Origin: Planctomycetota bacterium
GTDB taxonomy: Bacteria; Planctomycetota; UBA11346
Length of the DNA stretch: 64,000 nucleotides
Reading direction: 5' to 3'
NCBI GenBank assembly: GCA_016745075.1
Contig: JADGDD010000005.1
Span: forward strand, 165,551-229,550
Below, in pieces: positions 17,707 to 27,496 of the stretch. A model generated the notes under the pieces. That model worked only from the letters and a program-made list of their open reading frames with translations. It searched no databases and was not told the origin of the DNA. The position numbers and the translations under genes were made by a program. How positions within the stretch are numbered: the first letter of the stretch is position 1; each line of letters starts with the position of its first letter.

Positions 17707-18440
17707 GACCATATCTTTGATTGATGGTGGATAGTGCCGTCTAAGTCGATTTCCAGCCAATGCCCATGCCCTGCATGCCAGTCACCAACCAGATGCAGAT
17801 CCACCCCACCAAAGTGTAGAGCGGCTTGGGTATGAATATGCCCAATGAGTAGGGCATCACAGTCAGCGGCCTGTTGAGTGACCTGTTGTTCATCCAGAAA
17901 TGCGAGCTGTTGCTCGGCGCTTAGGCTATAAGAGGCGTTTCCTGCGCTGAGCTTGCGTAAGATACGGGCTGCATAGTCATAAAAGATAGGTGGTAAGGCG
18001 GTGCGAGTGAAGGTCATCCAATAACCCATCATGAAACTAGTATATAGCCGATGCAATGGGTTTTTGCACAGTAAATCCCCATGCATGATACGTATGTGCC
18101 GTGTCCCAAAATGAAAGTTGAGTGCTGGCCAGCTTAGTGGGCAGCCAAGGCCAGCTGCCAGTCTGCGACCAGCTGCGTATTCTCGATTACCAAGGAGAAA
18201 AGAGAGGGTCCAACCAGCTGCTTGTAAGTGCTGGAGTTCTGCAAACAAGGTTTGGTATGTTTGCACACAGCGCTTACTTTCCACCCAATAATCGAAGAGA
18301 TCACCAAGGATAACCAAGCGCCGGTCGTTAGGGTTGAGACATTTCAGCTTACCATGACGCAAGTCCTGAAGGAAGCGCAGAAAGGTTGCACCAGATTGGT
18401 CTTGGCCGGAGCCAGCATGAACATCGCCGCACACTATCAC
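17703..18440 (-). CDS. lpxH: UDP-2,3-diacylglucosamine diphosphatase (calcineurin-like metallophosphoesterase)
   Basis: 245 aa with metallophosphoesterase motifs GDVH, GDLFDYW, GNREY, HGD and GHIH in LpxH order and spacing. Confidence 0.75.
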   Translation of the reverse strand: MIVCGDVHAGSGQDQSGATFLRFLQDLRHGKLKCLNPNDRRLVILGDLFDYWVESKRCVQTYQTLFAELQHLQAAGWTLSFLLGNREYAAGRRLAAGLGCPLSWPALNFHFGTRHIRIMHGDLLCKNPLHRLYTSFMMGYWMTFTRTALPPIFYDYAARILRKLSAGNASYSLSAEQQLAFLDEQQVTQQAADCDALLIGHIHTQAALHFGGVDLHLVGDWHAGHGHWLEIDLDGTIHHQSKIWS

Positions 18441-18525
18441 GAGCCCCAGTATGTAGCAGAGGGCAAAAGTGCGAGCACCAGTCTATCGCAATCCCCTGCC
18501 TTGCACGTGGTGGGATGCGGCAACA

Positions 18526-21500
18526 ATGCGCTCGCTTATGTTACGCAAAAAACGCATCCGTCTGTTTATCATCCTTACCGTGGCCTTGGGTATCCCTGTA
18601 GCTGCGCTGTTGGCGATATTCTTGTTTATTAATTCTTCGGCAATGGTGTCTATTTTAGAAGAGAAATGGGCAGAACATGGCGTTGGTCAATTAGAGATTG
18701 GTTCTATAGAATTAGATGGTCTTGCAACTGCTACCATTGATGATGTAGACCTTCTGTTTGCAAGAACAGGAGCTACGCCACAACAGGTTTTACATATCAA
18801 TCAAATTACAGCAGAGGGAGAAATTTCTACTCTATCGTTAGAGTCACTCGTCATTGATGGCTGGAGCATTGAAGTAAATACAACCCTGCAAGAGTTTGTA
18901 GAACAATTACAGGAACAATTTTTCAACCGCGTAGCAGAAAAAAGCAGCACAGATGTACTTGATAGAATTGAACTGCGCAATGGTGTGATCAGTGGTGCTG
19001 ATTACCAGTTGAGCAATGTGGCATTAGTACTGACGCGTGAAAATGATTTTTTACCAGAACAGTTGATGTTGCAGGGTGACGCAGATGATCGTCCAGTAGT
19101 TTTATCGGTAAAAAAAGATGGGGAACATATTCGCATCAATTGGGAGAGCGGTGCTTTGCCACTTTTAGCAATGCATGTACAAGCTCAGGCTTTGTACCCT
19201 GTATTGGTACCGCCAACACCAGTACAGGTTGCTGAATGGGTACCACAACATAATATAGATTTTGGTGGAACCGAACTGGTTTGGAACATAGAGCAACAGC
19301 AATTAAAAGGTCGTTTTGTTGCGGACTGGAAAGACGGCGGTGTAAATATTTTGCTAACGCATACGCCGAGTTCTTTTACCTGTCAATTTCAGAGGCTGGA
19401 ACATGTTCGTTTTCCAGAACAAGTACGTATAGCTGAAAATATTGTGTACATTGGTGATGAGTTACCAATTGTAGGTGGGAGTGTGTCTGGAACGTATACA
19501 GAAGATATGGCGCTTTCATCGGTAACGGTACAGGCGACTATCGAAGAAGAGACATTTGCACTCGAAGCGCAGAAAAAGAATGATGAGCTGACCATAGGAT
19601 GGAAGAAAGGCCGTTTGCCAGTGCAAACCTTATTACGGTCTATAGATAAACGAATCACAGCAATGCCGGCTTTCTTATTAGATGTTCTTGAACCAGAGCC
19701 AATAGATTGTGCTGGGACTTACTTTACGTGGCAACCCGTTACACAAAACTGGTCTGCTGCCGTCACACTTGCAGCATCATGGATTGACTGTGCCATTCAA
19801 GCACAGGGTACAACAGAACAGGCACAGTGTCGTATTCAAACCATCCGTCATGCTAGCTTACCACAGGGTATGGGCTTTACAGACTATGCCATGCACCTTG
19901 GGCCGGCAGTCCTTCAGGACATGCGTATCGATCTGGCACAAACAGAGGCAGGCCCAGTGGCGACCATCCATGCTCAGGGCAGTAAGCCAGATGCAGAAGC
20001 CATAGAACTGGTGTGTTCATATACACATAAAGAAGTACAGATCCAGCAAAACAGTGGAGAATTACCCGCGCAAGATTTTTGGGCAGCAGTCGTTCAGGCA
20101 GGCGTTATGCGTGGTAGAGAAGAAGCCTATGTCCGAGCAATGACTGGCGGTGTTTTTTTCCACGATACTCAAACGACGATCTCTTTTGAACCTGAATTAT
20201 ATATACGTTCAGACATTCAAGCCCGTCTTGGAAAAGGGTCTTTATCAACTGTACTTATTTGGGATAAGGGAGCACTCGATATTACTAACGTTGATGCCCA
20301 TATAGATGCGATCGGAACGGTTTCTCGTGCTCGGGTATATTTGACCTTTGAAGAACGAGTGAAGATGGCGATTACCGCAGAAGATATTCTTATGGAAGAT
20401 GGTTTTCGTTCATGGCTTGTGAAAGAAGATTACATACCGTTAACCTTAGATACGGAAGCAGCATTGCAAGTTGTGCCGAATGGTCGTTGTAACATTACCT
20501 TTGGTTTAGAACATGAGCCAGCTTTAACGAGTTTTGAATTGTGGATAGTGGGTGATGAACAACATCAAGATTCTAAAGTCTATGTGGGCGTTACCCCAGA
20601 TAAACCGATTATTATTACTGGTGGAGGAATTCCATTATACCATGCAGAGGCATGGTCAGCAGAATACGACATTACCTGTTCAGCAGGAACAGCGGCAGCA
20701 TTTGAAATTATTATAGACGATGAAGCGAATACTTTAAAGCACATTACTGGTACCATACGAGATGGCTCATTCCGGTATGAAAATATCTATGGAGGAGATC
20801 ATATTGATGCGGATTTATTTATCGCTCCAGACCCAGCATCAGCAGAAGCATGGATTGTACACGTTTCTCTAACGGATGGTTCTGAAATTGATTACCGCTG
20901 GGATGATGTACATATGCATGTTTTGGTTGCTACCGAAGCAGTAGAAACGATTGTTGAACGAGCCGTTTGTCCGTTTCCGTTGGTGCCACTTTCAGGTGCC
21001 CTCGATACGCTTGTTCATTTCACCTATAACGGAGACGGCGGCATTCGTGGTCATCTAGAGCGATGTATTACGGATGAATTTCGCGTAGCAGATTACGTGT
21101 ATAATCTCGGGATGAAAGTTGATGGCGTTCTCAATATTACTGTCGAAAACATTATTGATTGGGAATTATCTGGTCATATTCATGATGGGATTATTGTTAT
21201 GCCAGACGCGCAGGTTGATATTGGTGGTTTATCACCACAAGTACGTATGGAATGCCAAGTTGATGATCGTTCTTTACGCATTCATAAATTGCACTTATTA
21301 CAGGCTGCTAAAGACGGCAAGGAAATAGATGAGGGGATTACCGCCTCTCTTACTGGAACCTATATTTTTGATTGTCCAGAGTATGCTCGTGAAGAAGAGG
21401 CGCGTAGTGATGCAAAAATGATTGTGGATAATATTGATATGGCGTGGATGAAAGAAAACTTACCGTTCATGAATATCCCAGACGATATTGAGCTTGGTGG

Positions 21501-21753
21501 AAAAATTGCAGTTATTTTAGATCTTATCTTTGGTAAAGAGCGCATCCTGCAAGTGTCTGGGCATTTTATCCCACTTGGCATGAATGTTCATGTTCCACAA
21601 ATAGAAGCGACTGTTACCGGATTGCGCGGTGTCTTGCCTTGGACGGTTGAATCGCAAATCCAAGAATCAGAAGAAGCGTCTATGAAACCAGAACAACAAT
21701 CTTCAGTAGAGAAAAACAAACAAGAAGCAGCTGTAGAAGCAGCGGTTGAATAA
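18526..21753 (+). CDS. Large membrane-anchored hypothetical protein with about 155-aa internal modules
   Basis: Frame 18469..21753. The likely start is MRSLMLRKKRIRLFIILTVALGIPVAALLAIFLFI (ATG 18526; basic stretch plus one TM helix). Module starts recur: DGEHIRINWESGALPL, NDELTIGWKKGRLPVQ and HKEVQIQQNSGELPAQ. I recognised no catalytic motifs. Confidence 0.6.
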   Translation: MRSLMLRKKRIRLFIILTVALGIPVAALLAIFLFINSSAMVSILEEKWAEHGVGQLEIGSIELDGLATATIDDVDLLFARTGATPQQVLHINQITAEGEISTLSLESLVIDGWSIEVNTTLQEFVEQLQEQFFNRVAEKSSTDVLDRIELRNGVISGADYQLSNVALVLTRENDFLPEQLMLQGDADDRPVVLSVKKDGEHIRINWESGALPLLAMHVQAQALYPVLVPPTPVQVAEWVPQHNIDFGGTELVWNIEQQQLKGRFVADWKDGGVNILLTHTPSSFTCQFQRLEHVRFPEQVRIAENIVYIGDELPIVGGSVSGTYTEDMALSSVTVQATIEEETFALEAQKKNDELTIGWKKGRLPVQTLLRSIDKRITAMPAFLLDVLEPEPIDCAGTYFTWQPVTQNWSAAVTLAASWIDCAIQAQGTTEQAQCRIQTIRHASLPQGMGFTDYAMHLGPAVLQDMRIDLAQTEAGPVATIHAQGSKPDAEAIELVCSYTHKEVQIQQNSGELPAQDFWAAVVQAGVMRGREEAYVRAMTGGVFFHDTQTTISFEPELYIRSDIQARLGKGSLSTVLIWDKGALDITNVDAHIDAIGTVSRARVYLTFEERVKMAITAEDILMEDGFRSWLVKEDYIPLTLDTEAALQVVPNGRCNITFGLEHEPALTSFELWIVGDEQHQDSKVYVGVTPDKPIIITGGGIPLYHAEAWSAEYDITCSAGTAAAFEIIIDDEANTLKHITGTIRDGSFRYENIYGGDHIDADLFIAPDPASAEAWIVHVSLTDGSEIDYRWDDVHMHVLVATEAVETIVERAVCPFPLVPLSGALDTLVHFTYNGDGGIRGHLERCITDEFRVADYVYNLGMKVDGVLNITVENIIDWELSGHIHDGIIVMPDAQVDIGGLSPQVRMECQVDDRSLRIHKLHLLQAAKDGKEIDEGITASLTGTYIFDCPEYAREEEARSDAKMIVDNIDMAWMKENLPFMNIPDDIELGGKIAVILDLIFGKERILQVSGHFIPLGMNVHVPQIEATVTGLRGVLPWTVESQIQESEEASMKPEQQSSVEKNKQEAAVEAAVE

Positions 21754-21774
21754 ATTTACTAAAAGGAAATATTT

Positions 21775-22107
21775 ATGTATAAACAATTAACGAGCGAAGC
21801 TGATTTTGATGAAGCCGTATCAAGTAATGAAACCGTGTGGGTATTAAAACATAGTTCTGTCTGTCCAACCAGTTCAGCAGCATTGCATGAATTTGAGGCA
21901 TATCTGAATGACCATGCAGACCAATCTGCTTGTATAGTGATTGTGCAAACTGAACGCCCCGTTTCTAATTACATTGCGACAGAACTGGGTTATACACATC
22001 AGAGCCCACAACTATTTTTAGTGCATAACAAGGCTGTTGCTTGGCAAGCTTCGCATTGGTCAATTACCAGTTCCGCGATGGCACAAGCTTACGCGGTACT
22101 TTCCTAA
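21775..22107 (+). CDS. ytxJ: Monothiol thioredoxin-fold protein, YtxJ/DUF2847-like
   Basis: 110 aa. ..VWVLKHSSVCPTSSAA.. (a single Cys in a T/S-C-P-x-S context) and ..QSPQLFLV.. are typical of YtxJ. Confidence 0.7.
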   Translation: MYKQLTSEADFDEAVSSNETVWVLKHSSVCPTSSAALHEFEAYLNDHADQSACIVIVQTERPVSNYIATELGYTHQSPQLFLVHNKAVAWQASHWSITSSAMAQAYAVLS

Positions 22108-22181
22108 TACTTGCATTGATGCGTGCTGTTCAACAAGAGTGCACGCACACATGCACCAGCTTTCCAACAGAATAGAAGACT

Positions 22182-22889
22182 ATGCGAACAACAGTACCAG
22201 ACTCGCTCCAATTGAGCGTTGATTCCCTATCGACTTACGTAACCGAGATTTTTGGTGATGCACTTATTGCAATGAGTGTATACGGCTCTGTTCAGCGTGA
22301 AGATTTTGATCCTAAAAATATGTTAGTGCCGAGTGTCATTGTGGTGAAAGCAGTGACCGCCGACCAGGTGTCTGAGCTGGCTTCGCATGGACAATACTTA
22401 TCTAAGAACGGTTTTGCACCACCTTTGGTTCTGTCTGAATCAGATGTAGCATCATCATTAGATACTTTCCCTTTAGAGTTTATTGAAATTCATCAAAGCC
22501 AAATTGTGGTGGCAGGCAAGAGCCCTTTTACCGAATTGTCCGTGGAGCGGGAGCATGTACGTCTCCAGTGTGAACGCGAACTCAAAGTTTTATTGATCGG
22601 CATGCGTCATGGTATTTTAACTGCCGCAGGAAAAGAAAAACAATTGGCAGCAGTGGCAGCAGACGCGGCAGCAAATGCTTTGCGTATTATGCGTGGTATT
22701 TTATGGCTGCATAACCAAGAAGATGCCTTACCCGCAGCAAAATTGTTACCCGCCGTCTCAGAGGTAACGGGGATAGAACTGGGTGCATTGAACAATATAT
22801 TAACCCATGGTCCAACAGGAAACTGGGCTGAATATACAGACTTCTATCGTATTATTGAAGCGCTTGGAGGATGTATTGATGCCTCTTAA
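22182..22889 (+). CDS. Hypothetical protein: minimal nucleotidyltransferase-like N-domain plus helical C-domain
   Basis: 235 aa. The N-terminal YGSVQREDFD fits the GS..DxD signature of pol-beta-type NTases. The C-terminal helical half contains RGILWLH (an Rx5H pattern). These are weak, motif-level calls only. Confidence 0.45.
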   Translation: MRTTVPDSLQLSVDSLSTYVTEIFGDALIAMSVYGSVQREDFDPKNMLVPSVIVVKAVTADQVSELASHGQYLSKNGFAPPLVLSESDVASSLDTFPLEFIEIHQSQIVVAGKSPFTELSVEREHVRLQCERELKVLLIGMRHGILTAAGKEKQLAAVAADAAANALRIMRGILWLHNQEDALPAAKLLPAVSEVTGIELGALNNILTHGPTGNWAEYTDFYRIIEALGGCIDAS

Positions 22890-23667
22890 GCTCCACTGTG
22901 TGTGGGTGCTCGCCTTCCTCTGTTTTCTACCACTAGCAATGCAGGCAGAAGAGTTTGCCCTTTATCCGCAGACCCGAAGTATTGTTGTTGACGGTGCCAA
23001 CGTTTTAAGCACTTCGGAAGAACAGGCCATAGCCAGATGGTCGCAAGAACTGTACGAAAAGACAGGTGCACAGGTAAAAATAGCCACTTGGCAAGATATT
23101 GGTGCCAATGATTTTTCCCAAGTTATGTTTGCGCAGGCAGAAAAATGGCAGCTTGGACAAAAAGGTAAAGATAACGGTGCGCTCATTGGTCTAGCGATAG
23201 CACAGCGAAAAGTTCGTATTGAAGTTGGTTACGGCTTAGAGGCCATTTTGCCAGATTCCTGGTGTGGTTCTGTTACTCGTGAGGTAGCTAAGAAATATTT
23301 TAAACAAAAAAAATACGCGGCTGGTTTATCTGCGCTTACTCAGGCTGTTGCCCATACCGTTGCTGAATCAGAGGACGTTCAACTTTCTGGTGTACCACAG
23401 GCGAGTGGTATTCGAACGCGAAGGAATGGTGGTTCTTCTATTGGAGCATGGTTTTTCTTTCTCTTCATTTTTGTTATGATATTAGGAAGAGGAAGTAATC
23501 GCGGTAGCGGTGGCTGGGGGAGTTTTGCCACTGGTATGTTCCTTGGCAGTATGCTTGGCGGCGGTTCACGCGGTGGCGGTTTTGGTGGCGGTGGTTTTAG
23601 CGGTGGTGGCGGCTTTAGTGGCGGTGGCGGAGGTTTCGGCGGTGGCGGTGGCGGTGCCAGCTGGTAA
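22879..23667 (+). CDS. TPM-domain protein (YgcG-like) with a TM segment and Gly-rich tail
   Basis: Start MPLKLHCVWVLAFLCFLPLAMQA, preceded by GGAGGA. The TPM pattern is present (..IVVDGANVLS..EEQAI.., ..GALIGLAIAQRKVRIEVGYGLE..). The C-terminus is ..GGGFGGGGFSGGGGFSGGGGGFGGGGGGASW. Confidence 0.8.
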   Translation: MPLKLHCVWVLAFLCFLPLAMQAEEFALYPQTRSIVVDGANVLSTSEEQAIARWSQELYEKTGAQVKIATWQDIGANDFSQVMFAQAEKWQLGQKGKDNGALIGLAIAQRKVRIEVGYGLEAILPDSWCGSVTREVAKKYFKQKKYAAGLSALTQAVAHTVAESEDVQLSGVPQASGIRTRRNGGSSIGAWFFFLFIFVMILGRGSNRGSGGWGSFATGMFLGSMLGGGSRGGGFGGGGFSGGGGFSGGGGGFGGGGGGASW

Positions 23668-23699
23668 TTATTCTCTTTTAAAAAATAAAGGAACAGAAC

Positions 23700-24260
23700 A
23701 TGAAAATATTTTTAGCAATCGTTTTACTGCTGGTTGTGTTATTCGGCATGGGGGCATGCACTGGTTACAATAAGGCCATAAAGAAAAAAGAAATGGTGCC
23801 TTTAGCATGGGCGCAGGTTGAAAACCAATTACAACGTCGATACGATCTTATTCCGAATCTTGTAAACTCGGTGAAAGGTGTCAGCAAGCAAGAGCAAGAA
23901 GTGTTTCTTGAATTGGCCAATGCCCGTAAAGGTTACTTCAATGCTCAAAGCACTTCAGAAAAAGCAGGTGCAGCTAGTGCTGTAGAAGGAAGCCTCGCGA
24001 AATTTATGTCTATGACAGAAAAATATCCCGACCTCCGTTCTAGTGAAGCCTTCTTGAAATTAATGGACCAACTAGAAGGAACCGAAAACCGTCTATCGGT
24101 TGAGCGTAAACGCTTTAACGAAAGAGTGGCTGATAATAATATTTATCGCAAGGGCTTCCCTTCAAAAATTTGGGCGGAATGGGCTGGAATGGAAGAAGCC
24201 ACCCATTTCAAACCACCTCAAACAGTAACCGAATCAGGTTCTCCCAAAGTAGAGTTTTAG
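23700..24260 (+). CDS. lemA: LemA family protein
   Basis: 186 aa with an N-terminal TM/lipoprotein-like segment. ..WAQVENQLQRRYDLIPNLVNSVKG.. and ..TENRLSVERKRFNE.. are hallmark LemA sequences. Confidence 0.9.
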   Translation: MKIFLAIVLLLVVLFGMGACTGYNKAIKKKEMVPLAWAQVENQLQRRYDLIPNLVNSVKGVSKQEQEVFLELANARKGYFNAQSTSEKAGAASAVEGSLAKFMSMTEKYPDLRSSEAFLKLMDQLEGTENRLSVERKRFNERVADNNIYRKGFPSKIWAEWAGMEEATHFKPPQTVTESGSPKVEF

Positions 24261-24278
24261 GAAAAGGATAAAGTAACA

Positions 24279-24938
24279 ATGGCACATGACGTATTTGACA
24301 GGCGGCGGGCAGACGGCGCAATTATTAGTGCGGGTTTCTATAATTTAATTATAGGCCTCACCCTTTGCTGGGGCTTTGCTGTGAATTGGTTTATGGTGCA
24401 AGAGATTGATCCACAATCGATTGCTGCAATAAATCCGTGGATTTTTTACGGCGGGTATTTTGTGTCCTGCTTGCTTGGTTCCTATTTATTTAATTCTTCC
24501 AGCAAACCGATCGTAAGTTTTATCGGCTATAATTTGGTGGTGATTCCCTTTGGCTTTTTGGTTAACTTGATCGTCAGTAATTATGATGAGACGGTTGTGG
24601 TAGATGCGGTACGTGTGACCGGAATTGTAACAGCCGTTATGATGGTACTGGGGACGATGTTTCCTGCCTTTTTTAAGAAGATAGGGGGAGCACTCTCTAT
24701 TGCCTTGCTGATTGTGATCGTTGTCGAACTAGTAGAGGTGTTTGTGTTTCATATGCATCACGGAGTGCTTGATTGGATTGTTGTAGTTATTTTCTGTGGC
24801 TATATCGGCTATGATTGGGGGCGGGCAAACAGCATTCCTAAAACCGTTGATAATGCGATTGATAGCGCCGCATCTCTCTATATGGATATCATCAATTTAT
24901 TTATCCGTATACTTCGTATCATGGGACGAAACCGATAA
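24279..24938 (+). CDS. Bax-inhibitor-1/YccA-family membrane protein
   Basis: 219 aa with about 7 hydrophobic segments. The C-terminal ..AASLYMDIINLFIRILRIMG.. is typical of the BI-1 family. Confidence 0.7.
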   Translation: MAHDVFDRRRADGAIISAGFYNLIIGLTLCWGFAVNWFMVQEIDPQSIAAINPWIFYGGYFVSCLLGSYLFNSSSKPIVSFIGYNLVVIPFGFLVNLIVSNYDETVVVDAVRVTGIVTAVMMVLGTMFPAFFKKIGGALSIALLIVIVVELVEVFVFHMHHGVLDWIVVVIFCGYIGYDWGRANSIPKTVDNAIDSAASLYMDIINLFIRILRIMGRNR

Positions 24939-25039
24939 AAGGCTCTGTACAACAAGCTCAACTTTTGCTGAAAGCTAGAGTTACATTGATATATTGAGTA
25001 GTGTGCTTAACGATGAGTGGTTGTGCTACGTTTAAGGCG

Positions 25040-25495
25040 TTACTCTTTGTTTTCTTTATCCGGAATTGTATAGGGGAAGACACAGAGTGGGACGCTGCTA
25101 TTTTCTCTGTCTTCGATAAGTTTACCAACAGATGTGTTTTTAGTGCGATCTTCAACTTCTTTTGCGCAATCATCAAGGTTTTGGTGGAGCGGGCAGAGGT
25201 GGTGCTTGTGATCGGTGAATCCAAGAGGGCATTCATGAATACGGGTAATCGGTGCGAATACCTCAATAACATCATAGAGCATAATATCATGCGGATCACG
25301 TGAGAGTTTAAAGCCACCGTGTAGTCCACGTTGCGAGATAACAATGTCAGCACGGGTAAGATTCTGCATGATTTTTGCTAAATACCCAGTGGGAACTTTT
25401 GTTCCTTTAGAGATCAGCTCGGTGGTTGTTGCTCGGTTTTGAGCAGCAAGGAAAACAATGGCGCGCAAGGCGTATTCAGCGGTCTGAGAAATCAT
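25040..25495 (-). CDS. Rrf2-family transcriptional regulator with a three-Cys Fe-S ligand pattern
   Basis: MISQTAEYALRAIVFLA.. winged-helix N-terminus, with C-x12-C-x8-C (HECPLGFTDHKHHLCPLHQNLDDCAKE). It is the last gene of the ccoG-fixH string. Confidence 0.88.
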   Translation of the reverse strand: MISQTAEYALRAIVFLAAQNRATTTELISKGTKVPTGYLAKIMQNLTRADIVISQRGLHGGFKLSRDPHDIMLYDVIEVFAPITRIHECPLGFTDHKHHLCPLHQNLDDCAKEVEDRTKNTSVGKLIEDRENSSVPLCVFPYTIPDKENKE

Positions 25496-25540
25496 GTGAT
25501 TGGCTCTTTCATGATGAAATATTAGTGAATAATCGAAGGA

Positions 25541-25996
25541 CTACCAGAAGAAAGGCGTGTCATAGAGCAGAAGTTGTTTATCGTTGGTGTAAGCTTTCAG
25601 ATGGAAGGTCCATTTTCCCGAATGAGCTGGCCCTATTTCTAAAGGGATAGTGGGGTTATCCCAAGAAAAAAGTCGATCTTGTGTGTTGCCATCTGGCCGA
25701 GAGAGAAGGACTTGCGTTGTATTGAGGGGTAAAGCATTGGTCGGAATAGTAAGCGTGGCCTGTGTACCTGTTATATGGATGGTATAGCCAGCATCATGAA
25801 AAGATTGCCGTGCTGTAAGATCTTCATCGAAGCTAATCTCTTTAAAGAAGTTTTGTGCATGTATTCGCTCGGCAGTGACGCCATTAGCTTGGTTGAGTAG
25901 GATGAGGTTTGGAATCATGGCAAGGGCTGGGATAATAAGCCAAAGCCATGCCCAAAGGGAAAACGTCTTCTTTTTGGTCGTGTCAGTAGTCGGCAT
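25541..25996 (-). CDS. FixH-family (CcoH-like) protein
   Basis: 151 aa with one N-terminal TM helix (WAWLWLIIPALAMIPNLILL) and a beta-rich periplasmic domain. It follows ccoG after a 2-nt spacer. Confidence 0.65.
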   Translation of the reverse strand: MPTTDTTKKKTFSLWAWLWLIIPALAMIPNLILLNQANGVTAERIHAQNFFKEISFDEDLTARQSFHDAGYTIHITGTQATLTIPTNALPLNTTQVLLSRPDGNTQDRLFSWDNPTIPLEIGPAHSGKWTFHLKAYTNDKQLLLYDTPFFW

Positions 25997-25998
25997 CG

Positions 25999-27408
25999 TT
26001 ATGGTTTACTTTGCTTGGTTGTCTGGCGTGGCATTGGGATGCTTACGGTAATAACGCTGTTGTCTTCATTACTGGCTGAGAAAACAATTGAAACGGGTGT
26101 TTTCACCGTTCTAAATTGTTCTGCTGGCATACGCAGGTAGTAATTCTCAACGAGACGTTCAGATGGAGGAATCGTCAAAGTGGTGTTGCCAACAATGGTT
26201 CCTTCTATGGAGCTGGCAAAAGCGACGCTGACGTTTTGTTCGTCCATGTTTTTATTGATTAAAGACGCTCGGAGTGGGTACAGGACAAAGCGCTGGTTGT
26301 TATCATCCGTAATCACTTGTGCAGTACGGTCATCGCGTAGCTTATTCACATCAACGGTTTTGCGGTTGATCAGCAAAATGGTGGTGACAGTCATGAGGAT
26401 AAGCAAGACACAGGTGTACATGATTGTGCGTGGTCGTATTGGTCGCCATTTGCCACCAGTGAGTTCTCGTTCACTACAGTAAGAAATAAGATTTGGTTCA
26501 CGGCCAAGTTTATCCATAACGCCAGCACAGGCATCAATGCAGGCAGCGCAGTGGAGACATTCCATTTGGTTACCATTGCGAATGTCTATACCCGTTGGGC
26601 AAACTTGTACGCAGAGCGAGCAATCGATACAGTCGCCTTCTACTTTTCCTTTTTTACCGCGTGGTTCTCCGCGCTTATCATTATAAGCAACAGTAAGGCT
26701 GTCTTCATCGAGCATGGCTGATTGCAGGCGGCCATAGGGGCAAACAATGGTACAGGTTTGTTCGCGTAGCCATGCAAAATCAAAATAATTTAAAGCAAAA
26801 AAGAAGATGTAAAAACCAAGGGCGCTTGGGTGGGCAACTGGATCTACAAAAAGTCCCCACATAAAGCCTTCGGTGCCAATAAATAATGCTGTAGCGGTAT
26901 TAGCAAGTGCACCAATAAGAATACAGAAAATAAACCATTTGAGAATTTTACGTAGAATAAGGTTGGCAGAATAGGGGCGTTTTTTGTCTTGGTTCCTTCG
27001 TTTGTGAGCAGGGCCTTCTATAAGCCGTTCAACGGGGCGAAAGACCATTTCTAAGAATACGGTGTGTGGGCAAAGCCAGCCACAAAATAGCCTGCCAAAA
27101 GCAGACACCAGTAGGAGGGTGCCAACGATAGCCATGAGTACAAAAAAGAGCGCGTAGAAAAAATCTTGCGGCCAGAATATCTGACCACAAATAATGTAAT
27201 GGCGATTGGGGATATCAAAACGCAGGAGTGGTAAGCCGTTAATACTAATAAACGGTACGGCCATATAAAAAGAAATAAGGATCGCAGCAAGAATACTTCT
27301 GCGTTTACGCCAAGTCCCAGACAGAAGAGTGACGTAAAGCCACTGGCGTTTCCCTGTCGTATCGACGGTTGCCATCATGCCTTTGAAGTCGTCGGATTGC
27401 TCGCTCAT
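25999..27408 (-). CDS. ccoG: cbb3 oxidase accessory protein CcoG (4Fe-4S ferredoxin-type membrane protein)
   Basis: 469 aa and polytopic, with the ferredoxin motifs CIDCSLCVQVCPTGIDIR and ECLHCAACIDAC. Confidence 0.9.
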   Translation of the reverse strand: MSEQSDDFKGMMATVDTTGKRQWLYVTLLSGTWRKRRSILAAILISFYMAVPFISINGLPLLRFDIPNRHYIICGQIFWPQDFFYALFFVLMAIVGTLLLVSAFGRLFCGWLCPHTVFLEMVFRPVERLIEGPAHKRRNQDKKRPYSANLILRKILKWFIFCILIGALANTATALFIGTEGFMWGLFVDPVAHPSALGFYIFFFALNYFDFAWLREQTCTIVCPYGRLQSAMLDEDSLTVAYNDKRGEPRGKKGKVEGDCIDCSLCVQVCPTGIDIRNGNQMECLHCAACIDACAGVMDKLGREPNLISYCSERELTGGKWRPIRPRTIMYTCVLLILMTVTTILLINRKTVDVNKLRDDRTAQVITDDNNQRFVLYPLRASLINKNMDEQNVSVAFASSIEGTIVGNTTLTIPPSERLVENYYLRMPAEQFRTVKTPVSIVFSASNEDNSVITVSIPMPRQTTKQSKP

Positions 27409-27440
27409 GGCCTGTACCCCTTTGTATGCAGGTGCCTTCT

Positions 27441-27479
27441 ACCTAAAAAGGCCCTGTTGTCTGTATGACAACAGGGCCT
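27441..27479 (-). terminator. Intrinsic terminator after ccoP
   Basis: Minus-strand RNA AGGCCCUGUUGUC-AUACA-GACAACAGGGCCU followed by UUUUU (plus-strand stem arms 27449..27461 and 27467..27479; A-run 27444..27448). Confidence 0.75.
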
Positions 27480-27496
27480 GAGTAAAGCGCAATAGC

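Noticed and set aside
23500-23660. GGT/GGC-rich microsatellite-like stretch.
   Set aside because: It is in frame and encodes the Gly-rich C-terminal tail that is common in TPM/YgcG-type proteins. The overlapping ORF 23510..23773 is a shadow frame.
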